Positions 57,412 to 64,000 of a stretch of 64,000 nucleotides of DNA are shown one piece after another. Position numbers and translations under genes: made by a program. Position 1 is the first letter of the stretch; the number at the start of each line of letters is the position of its first letter. The DNA comes from a virus, in the IMG/VR virus record IMGVR_UViG_3300044712_001570, positions 24,122-88,121 of that record. One strand, given 5' to 3'. The notes beneath the pieces were generated by a model. The model was given only the letters and a program-made list of their open reading frames with translations. It was not told the DNA's origin and made no database searches.

Positions 57412-58440
57412 CCCAAACTGGTTACGGTCCACTGTCGACATTAAAGGTCTTGGTGGTGGGCTTCCTTTGCGCTTTTCTTTGCGCCATCTAGCTATTACCT
57501 CACCATCCGACCTAGGGGATAAAAAGTCTGGAATAGGCCATACCATTCGATGAGGTACTACAACTTCTCGATCGTTAGGTCTGTTAGGTGGGTGCATGTA
57601 TAAACCTTCCCACCATGCGAATGGTTCATCTGGTCTTCTAATCTGTCCGTGAACTGCAATGGAATCACTACCTGTTCTATCGTCGAAGGTTGCAGATAGT
57701 ATCTTAACCATATCACCAAGTTGACTATTGGCTTCCTGCATAGAGAGCATAGAACCCTTGTTATATGCAGCCATGGTTTCGGTTCTTACAATGCGTTCTG
57801 CCCAATATGCAGGTGCACCTTGTAAAAACGGACTTTGACCTATCAAGTCTGCACGAACTTCGTTCCAGGGCTTTCGAGAAAGCAACCCTACCTGCAATGT
57901 TTCTTCGAAGTGAGATACAACCCTAGCACCATAGCGAGCAAGTATACCTTCACTAGCAAAGGAGGCTTTAGCAGGGTCGGCTATATACATACTAGCTGGA
58001 TTACCAGTTAACCTATGCAGTATAGATGATTCGGTATTAACTACAGCACGATCAAGCATTGCAGCTTCACGCAATGCAAGTGGTTGTGTACCTACTCCTC
58101 GATATGCAGAATCAAGTCTTCCTAGGTACTCTGCTACATCACCAGTTGCACTAGTTGCAGCACTCTTTGCATTGCTTAAAGTGGCCTTTAAAAGCCCTTT
58201 CCCAAGTTCCCTAGATACTGCATCAACTTGAAGCAAAGTGGCCCTTATTTGGGCTGCAGAAAAGCTTTCTGGGCCTACTCCCGCTTCTATTCTGGAGAGC
58301 CTTTTGGTAAGGCTAATGGTTGCTTTTGCGAGAAGTTGTTGTGTTGCACTAAGACCTTTAGATGATGCAAAAGCATAAGCATCCTTCTTAGCCTCACTAA
58401 GTAGAATACCTGCTTGTTTGACGGCTTTCATAGAAGCCAT
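57409..58440 (-). CDS. Minor head morphogenesis protein (SPP1 gp7/Mu gpF family)
   Basis: AERIVRTETMAAYN, DDRT, HGQ, PPNRPNDR motifs; follows portal. Confidence 0.88.
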   Translation of the reverse strand: MASMKAVKQAGILLSEAKKDAYAFASSKGLSATQQLLAKATISLTKRLSRIEAGVGPESFSAAQIRATLLQVDAVSRELGKGLLKATLSNAKSAATSATGDVAEYLGRLDSAYRGVGTQPLALREAAMLDRAVVNTESSILHRLTGNPASMYIADPAKASFASEGILARYGARVVSHFEETLQVGLLSRKPWNEVRADLIGQSPFLQGAPAYWAERIVRTETMAAYNKGSMLSMQEANSQLGDMVKILSATFDDRTGSDSIAVHGQIRRPDEPFAWWEGLYMHPPNRPNDREVVVPHRMVWPIPDFLSPRSDGEVIARWRKEKRKGSPPPRPLMSTVDRNQFG

Positions 58441-60287
58441 TAGTCACCATCGATAGGGTTCACATCTTCGTCTTCAATGTTCATATCACCAGCTAATACT
58501 GGTTGAGACATGTCATCCGAATCTATCTCGGTAGATTCATCGTCATCCTCTGGTTTGACTCTACCGCCCATAGAACCATCGACATCTGCAAACATATCCT
58601 TATCTAGTTCATTCTCTTTTGCTGCAGCTTCTTGTGCTGCTAGCTGCATTCGTTTCCATTCTTCTTCTGGGTCGTTACCCATTGTTTTCGCAAACAACTC
58701 TGTTGCGCTACGAGGTGACAAGAAAGGTTTACCTCCAGATGCAACTTGAAGAGTTCCTGCCAGTTCATGCTTATCCAAAGATGTAGCTACGAAGTATTCA
58801 CCCCATGCTAAATCAACTTCAGAAGAGTTACCGGGAGTACGAGCTACAAGTTTTGTATTAGTTACTATTGACCCATCCTCTTGCTCTTCAACTACGTGTT
58901 CAACTCTTGGTTGCACGCTAATAGTTTCTTGGAGAACAGTTCCATTTGGTAGCATAATGCGCTTATTCATTCGAGCGCGAGCTACCTCCAACATGCACTG
59001 CATTAGGTATTGAATAGGTGGGCCATACTGGTCTCTATAAATATTACACTTTGATAGCATAGGTGTGTAGACGACCTTCAATGCAATGCTACTTGTTCCA
59101 CTTGCTGCAATAGTGTTTGGGTCTGGAATGACACACTCTGCTTCTTCTAATAGTGAACGCCTAAGTTCTGCTAGTACGCTCATACCGCTAGCAACACCAC
59201 TCCCAGCCATCTCCATGTAGCTAGCACCACCATCGGTTCCTACATAAAGAGCATTTTCACTTCCCTTGCGAACACCTGCTCGTGGAGCAATATCAGGGTC
59301 CATCTTAAGAACAAGTGTTGGGTCAAGATTGAGAATAGTTCCCTTACCTGCAGTAGACCCAAGAAGGTCAATCATATCCATCTTATCGTAGAGACCGTGG
59401 TAGTCCTCTTCCCCATCAATATCTTCTTCAGATGGGGTATTTTGAATCCATAATAGATGGCATATACCATCGTTATGTATGACAGTCCTTGACTCGTCTG
59501 GATACCATACAGGGTCTACTTTGCTATCGTATGGAACTTCGTGAAAGATAATGTCTGCGTTAGGGGTCCAGTCTCTTCTAAACCAATAGTAGTTTTTAAC
59601 TATGCGCTGTTCCTTCTGATCGTATTCATCTTTATCGAATAGAAGTACTTGGGATGCATGTCGAATAAGCAAGTCATCCCTATCTACCCAAGCATGTACA
59701 TGAATGTTCTTAGCGTTATGAACTCGAATCTTTGGCTTACCATTATAAAAGCACCACGATAGACATACACTTCCTGTAGACCCACCAAGGTTTCTAGCAT
59801 GCACCATTCGAGTAGGTAGCTTCGACTCTTTAACTAATGCGGATGCAAAGTCCGATGCTTCAAAGTCCCCTAGTACATCAAGTTCAGGGAATCGCTTATC
59901 ACCAAATAGCATTCCAGTGAATGCTCGAACTATAACCCTACCTATACGATAAGGGAGGGAAGGTCTTCTGTCTTTGAGTGGTGTGTACCAAGGAAGTTGC
60001 TCACCAGTTATCAATGGCTGTGAAGCCATTCGAACACCAGCCGTCGAGATATATCGTCCTTCAAAGTCGACCTTTTTATAGTCATGCTGTCTACATCTAA
60101 AGAAGGATTCCCTACGATCAAGCTCTACGTATCTATCGGAGCTAAGAAGAGATGTAACACCAAATGTAGCACCAAACCCATATGACCCTGGTACGCACCC
60201 AAGGGAGTCAACAACATTGGGCGAAGTGAAACTAGTGCCATTATTCATTGGTGCTATCCGTTCTTTTGCGCTTGTTGCAAGCGCCAT
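58440..60287 (-). CDS. Portal protein (start possibly 60248)
   Basis: Size, position before gpF-like gene, SSIALKV helix, acidic tail. Confidence 0.85.
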   Translation of the reverse strand: MALATSAKERIAPMNNGTSFTSPNVVDSLGCVPGSYGFGATFGVTSLLSSDRYVELDRRESFFRCRQHDYKKVDFEGRYISTAGVRMASQPLITGEQLPWYTPLKDRRPSLPYRIGRVIVRAFTGMLFGDKRFPELDVLGDFEASDFASALVKESKLPTRMVHARNLGGSTGSVCLSWCFYNGKPKIRVHNAKNIHVHAWVDRDDLLIRHASQVLLFDKDEYDQKEQRIVKNYYWFRRDWTPNADIIFHEVPYDSKVDPVWYPDESRTVIHNDGICHLLWIQNTPSEEDIDGEEDYHGLYDKMDMIDLLGSTAGKGTILNLDPTLVLKMDPDIAPRAGVRKGSENALYVGTDGGASYMEMAGSGVASGMSVLAELRRSLLEEAECVIPDPNTIAASGTSSIALKVVYTPMLSKCNIYRDQYGPPIQYLMQCMLEVARARMNKRIMLPNGTVLQETISVQPRVEHVVEEQEDGSIVTNTKLVARTPGNSSEVDLAWGEYFVATSLDKHELAGTLQVASGGKPFLSPRSATELFAKTMGNDPEEEWKRMQLAAQEAAAKENELDKDMFADVDGSMGGRVKPEDDDESTEIDSDDMSQPVLAGDMNIEDEDVNPIDGD

Positions 60288-60448
60288 TGAAGGCTACCCA
60301 CAAGGGGTTCTTCTTTTTCGTCTTTTTCTTCTACCAATGGTTTTGCTGTTTGCATCTCATATGCTTTAGCACTTGGTTCTATCCAAACAGTAGCAGGAAT
60401 ATCTTCCTCTACCTTTGGCTTAAACCAGTTAAACAGCTTCGATAGCAT
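60254..60448 (-). CDS. Small hypothetical protein (MLSKLFNW...; ORF track start 60478)
   Basis: TAATG coupling to upstream gene. Confidence 0.5.
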   Translation of the reverse strand: MLSKLFNWFKPKVEEDIPATVWIEPSAKAYEMQTAKPLVEEKDEKEEPLVGSLQWRLQQAQKNG

Positions 60449-60939
60449 TACAGAATACCGGTTGTAAGGTCTGCACAAAACGCAAACACATACTCACCAT
60501 CTGGTGTCGTGGGAGTATTGTGGTCTGCTTGAATGTATATAGTTTCAGACCCTGCAACATGACCAAGCGCGGAGGCTCCACCACTGGAACTACTGAGATC
60601 AACAGGCCCGATAGTGTCATAAAAGTTAACGCTACCTACTGCAATGGTACCTGAAAAAAGCTTATGCCATGCACCAGTAGAACTTTCCCAAAGCCATAGG
60701 ATTATGGGGAGTGTACTGGGTGCAGTACCGGAGCCTATGTACCTAACGACACCTGCAATACGATGACATGGCCATCCCGTGGTATCTCTTATTCGATGTG
60801 AAAATAGATTAGTAAGAGGACCAGAGGATGATAATCCGGCGGGGTCAGTGGTACCAGGGTCGGTATCACTCCCTAGCTCTATTTGCTCTGGTGCTAAAGA
60901 GGTACCGACCCATCTGGAGAACTTAAACGGAAATTGCAT
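60448..60939 (-). CDS. Hypothetical beta-rich protein
   Basis: ORF in operon. Confidence 0.7.
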   Translation of the reverse strand: MQFPFKFSRWVGTSLAPEQIELGSDTDPGTTDPAGLSSSGPLTNLFSHRIRDTTGWPCHRIAGVVRYIGSGTAPSTLPIILWLWESSTGAWHKLFSGTIAVGSVNFYDTIGPVDLSSSSGGASALGHVAGSETIYIQADHNTPTTPDGEYVFAFCADLTTGIL

Positions 60940-60948
60940 ACACCTATC

Positions 60949-61476
60949 TTACACTATCGATGCCGCAAGCCAAGCAACTGCAATATTTTGCCCTGACCCA
61001 TAGATACCAAACCCTAGATATCCAGGTACAGCGGCTATATTCAACCGAGCCTCACCCCTCATTAACCAACTACCATCCTCCTCTTGCAGGCTTTCAAGAC
61101 TTGTAGCAGGTGAACCATTATATGTAATAGCTGCACTGCTATTACATAGCTGCTTAGTATCCGCAGTGAACTGTAGTCTTCCTGTTGCAGGTTCATTTTT
61201 AGTCAGTTTTCTAAGCTTAATAGCCCAATGTATAGATGATGCATTACTATCAACGAAGATAGTTATAGGGGATATATGGGTTGGAATACCTATTGGTAAT
61301 GGGTAACCACCACCAAAGCTTCGCTTGGTGTATCCACCTATACCACTACGAACAATCATATCAGGATTAACAGGTAGGATTATGGTTCCATCTAGTTGAG
61401 AGTTTGGAGCCCTATCCATATCGATGAGGGCTCCTTCTGGTAGAGTAGGTGACTCGATAACAACTCCGTGTTTCAT
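60949..61476 (-). CDS. Hypothetical protein
   Basis: ATGA overlap with endolysin. Confidence 0.7.
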   Translation of the reverse strand: MKHGVVIESPTLPEGALIDMDRAPNSQLDGTIILPVNPDMIVRSGIGGYTKRSFGGGYPLPIGIPTHISPITIFVDSNASSIHWAIKLRKLTKNEPATGRLQFTADTKQLCNSSAAITYNGSPATSLESLQEEDGSWLMRGEARLNIAAVPGYLGFGIYGSGQNIAVAWLAASIV

Positions 61477-62255
61477 GTTTTTGCCTTTTTCAATGCTGCG
61501 TCTTGTATCAACTTCTTTAGTTCTATGGAGGATTTACCATCCATAGGAACAGATTGATCTCTTTGGAAGAGCTTAATAGCAGCTCTTGTTTTAGGTCCAA
61601 CGATACCGTCGATAGGACCTGGGTCATACCCTAGCAAGCGCAATAAACGCTGCATCTCCTTATCAGGTATGTTGCCGTCTTGAACTGGCCACTTTCTCAT
61701 AAACTCTTTATATATCTGAACTAGTTGCGTTAGATATCCTCTTGATACCTTTCCATCTGCATCTTGTTCATCGTAAAGATTAGCTGTGAAATAACCACAT
61801 GACTTAGCGGCTATTGCATAAGCTTCTGGAGTTGGTTTCTCACTAGAAAGAACAGCCCATGCTTTCGAGTAGTCCTTGCTAGATAGCAAGCTAACTAGGT
61901 CCCTTACACCATCAATAGGGTCTAGGTATGCTCTAAACCTTTGGTCTGCTGGTGAATACCTCTCACCATTCTTTTTTCGCTCCCAAGCTTTGACTAGTAT
62001 CGTATAGAGACCATCTTTGGAAACGCCTCGAATATTACCAACGTTTCCACACCAGCAAGATATACCCTCGACATCCCCAGAACGACCGCATTCGAGAACA
62101 GTCTTAGCATGCAGTATAGTAATGACTTCATGGCAAGGTTCTCTACCTAGCTTTTCTTTGAGTGCAACTCGAAGCCATTCCCTAATCTGTTCGTGTCTCC
62201 AAGGGGTTGCCTTAGGTGGTGTGTAAGCTTCTTCAGTCACAACGCACGCTCCCAC
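61473..62255 (-). CDS. Endolysin: glucosaminidase/FlgJ-like catalytic domain plus peptidoglycan-binding domain
   Basis: LE.G, NVGNI, FRAY, GYFTA motifs; C-terminal LGYDPGPIDGIVGPKTRAAIKLFQ. Confidence 0.88.
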   Translation of the reverse strand: MGACVVTEEAYTPPKATPWRHEQIREWLRVALKEKLGREPCHEVITILHAKTVLECGRSGDVEGISCWCGNVGNIRGVSKDGLYTILVKAWERKKNGERYSPADQRFRAYLDPIDGVRDLVSLLSSKDYSKAWAVLSSEKPTPEAYAIAAKSCGYFTANLYDEQDADGKVSRGYLTQLVQIYKEFMRKWPVQDGNIPDKEMQRLLRLLGYDPGPIDGIVGPKTRAAIKLFQRDQSVPMDGKSSIELKKLIQDAALKKAKT

Positions 62256-62520
62256 ACTTGCGTGCTTCTTCTTGAGTCCTAGCGCTTGCTAGACATGCAG
62301 GGTTTAGATTTGTTATGCGTTCCTCTTGTACCCGCTTACAAGTCTCAACGCATTTTGGGTCGCTCCCTACACTACACTCTAACCACTCCAACGTTTTGCA
62401 TGCATCAAAGCATAAGTCACCAGATGCATTAGGAGGATTAGGTTTAGGAGGACACCCAAGCAAGATGGCACATGCAAGGGTAACTACAAATATCGATTGT
62501 GTGGGTGTAGATGCTTTCAT
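62233..62520 (-). CDS. Cys-rich lipoprotein
   Basis: LLGC lipobox, Pro-rich linker, eight further Cys. Confidence 0.75.
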   Translation of the reverse strand: MKASTPTQSIFVVTLACAILLGCPPKPNPPNASGDLCFDACKTLEWLECSVGSDPKCVETCKRVQEERITNLNPACLASARTQEEARKCGSVRCD

Positions 62521-63332
62521 GGTTTTAACGATAGCACTCTAATATTCAAAATAGAGGCAATGAAGGATTCGTTGCCAATACCGTTTCCATCTTGGCCCCA
62601 GTCTTGTCCCCAAGAGTTTCTAAACTTCAATAACATCTCTCCTGTATCAGGGTCAGTGGTATAGCCATATGCACATAACCAATGACCACCGGCAAGACGA
62701 TAGGGGTCAGGCTTACCAGATGGACCCATAGAGGGTTTCCAATCAAGGAACTGTTCATCACACATAATCCCAAAGCAAGGGATGTGCTTATTCATGAGAG
62801 CAATACCAATAGCTGCTACTCGTTCCTCTAATGATATACCCACCTCTATTTGCTCTACATTCACTTTATTGAGAGCAACTAGGTCTTCCAATATTGGTTC
62901 GTTATTAATGGTTTCAACTTCACAGTCGGAGTTATGGCCATGGCGATTAGGTCCTCGCATAGGTCTAACACCCCATCGTGTGATCACATCCATTACAGCC
63001 CAGGGATAGGTGCCATTATCTTGTAATGGTGGAAGAAGTTCACGCTGTGTCATATCTGCTCGAACAATAGAACGAGCTAACGAATAGATTCCATTAGGCG
63101 ATGGTACATAGGGTAGAGGGTTTCCTGCAGCCTTATGCAAAGCATAAATAGCAGAACTTGTTCCATGGCCAGTACATGAACCAGTTTGGTTTTGATCCAT
63201 TACAGATGGAAGGTATTGCTCCAAGTCAATCGACTTAAGCAAGTATGGTGCATCCCCCTTATAATGAGGAACTGCACTCTCCATCGCTATAGGGTCTTGA
63301 ATCCACCCAAACCTTCTTTGTGTAGACATCAC
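62517..63332 (-). CDS. Papain-family (C1) cysteine peptidase
   Basis: DQNQTGSCTG (Gln/Cys), GGHWL (His), RNSWG..WG..G (Asn). Confidence 0.93.
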   Translation of the reverse strand: MMSTQRRFGWIQDPIAMESAVPHYKGDAPYLLKSIDLEQYLPSVMDQNQTGSCTGHGTSSAIYALHKAAGNPLPYVPSPNGIYSLARSIVRADMTQRELLPPLQDNGTYPWAVMDVITRWGVRPMRGPNRHGHNSDCEVETINNEPILEDLVALNKVNVEQIEVGISLEERVAAIGIALMNKHIPCFGIMCDEQFLDWKPSMGPSGKPDPYRLAGGHWLCAYGYTTDPDTGEMLLKFRNSWGQDWGQDGNGIGNESFIASILNIRVLSLKP

Positions 63333-63808
63333 TTCTTACCATATGTGAGTATATAGTTTTGAATGAAGGGGTCATCTATTCGAGTAGCAGATAGTGAAGG
63401 GGAATGAGATTGAACTGCAGGATGTACCTTAAATATATTAACTATATTTATAATATTCTGAACTGCGGTAACTACGTCAGTAATAAGTCTACCGAAGTTC
63501 GGGGTACTCTCCTGAGCTGCTACAGCAGCATCAACACCACTATGCAAGGCTTTCTCTGCCTCGGATAAAGCTTGAATACCCTTCTGCCATTCGATACGGG
63601 CCTTTGCCGCTTCCTCTGGTGGAAGGAAAGCTAGTACTCCGTCAAAGGTAACTGATAGACCTTGAACAATGACATTAGTTTTCGACATGAAGTCGTCAAC
63701 ATATGCAACAGGGTTTTTCTTGAACTGGTCATACCAACCAGCGCACCCTGAGGTTAAAACAACGAGTGACATCATGACACATACAAATAACAATCGAATG
63801 TGTTTCAT
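63329..63808 (-). CDS. Helical lipoprotein
   Basis: Signal peptide with TSGC lipobox; amphipathic helices. Confidence 0.75.
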   Translation of the reverse strand: MKHIRLLFVCVMMSLVVLTSGCAGWYDQFKKNPVAYVDDFMSKTNVIVQGLSVTFDGVLAFLPPEEAAKARIEWQKGIQALSEAEKALHSGVDAAVAAQESTPNFGRLITDVVTAVQNIINIVNIFKVHPAVQSHSPSLSATRIDDPFIQNYILTYGKK

Positions 63809-64000
63809 TTGCGTTTTCCCTTTTCAGTTAATAAACGTAATACTGTTAGCCCTGTAGGCTCTTTAGGCTTTCTATTCTTATTTATTATCTCTGCAAGCTC
63901 TTGTTGCTTTTCCTCTGTATCAAAGCCTAACTGTAATGTTGGAAGAGCAAAGCTCTATAGACACCTCCTGCTGTGTAGGCGCCTCAATAGCTGTAAACTT

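Larger units (their letters stand above)
1..64000. mobile_element. Segment of a contractile-tailed dsDNA bacteriophage genome
   Basis: Dense, coupled ORFs; replication genes on the + arm converge at ~21.5 kb with portal/capsid/sheath/baseplate genes on the - arm; no cellular housekeeping genes. Confidence 0.97.

Noticed and set aside
62233-63808. Host assignment to myxobacteria from Cys-rich lipoproteins
   Set aside because: Suggestive only; lipoproteins and an endolysin with a peptidoglycan-binding domain do not identify the host without database comparison
48-63857. Many antisense or nested ORFs in the track (e.g. 48-659, 11894-12445, 37730-38188, 42675-43199, 51330-52043)
   Set aside because: They are shadows of well-supported genes on the opposite strand, with no SD or motifs
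1-64000. CRISPR array, diversity-generating retroelement, integrase, transposase, intron or intein
   Set aside because: No spaced direct repeats and no RT, recombinase or splicing motifs seen; pol, helicase and capsid ORFs are of normal, uninterrupted length
1-64000. Stop-codon reassignment suggested by abundant TAG trinucleotides
   Set aside because: Genes are full length in the standard code and TAG terminates many ORFs at coupled junctions
63847-64000. Possible +1 frameshift (CTT-T) joining two partial - strand frames at the window edge
   Set aside because: The gene start lies outside the window; cannot distinguish recoding, sequencing error or chance

Overview
The whole window is part of a tailed dsDNA bacteriophage genome with a contractile tail (myovirus-like). 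No integrase, terminase or host genes are visible. There are two convergent arms. The + arm (1-21.5 kb) carries a MoxR AAA/VWA-metallopeptidase module, a phage sigma factor, a ParB-like protein, an SF2 helicase, an HTH initiator-like gene with a probable internal origin, DnaB, primase, a UDG-PolA fusion, UvsY-like and gp32-like proteins, SbcCD and one tRNA(CAT). The - arm (64-21.5 kb) carries a lipoprotein/papain-protease/endolysin cassette, portal, head, neck, sheath, tube, a frameshifted tail chaperone, tape measure, baseplate and fibre genes. The most unusual element is a ~125-nt RNA at 16861-16986. It has tmRNA-like architecture (tRNA-like domain without a D-stem plus a long helix), and its loop is exactly filled by a 16-codon frame ending in VA-stop, but it lacks pseudoknots and the G3:U70 pair. 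Other notable items: a tRNA that overlaps the stop codon of the upstream gene, a leader-peptide/long-hairpin element in front of the initiator gene, a pseudoknot-capped capsid mRNA leader, a family of putative leaderless promoters, a repeated KPF[KR][LI]xGG motif, and a ~45-aa module shared by three head-region proteins. All calls come from motifs and synteny read by eye; no searches were run.
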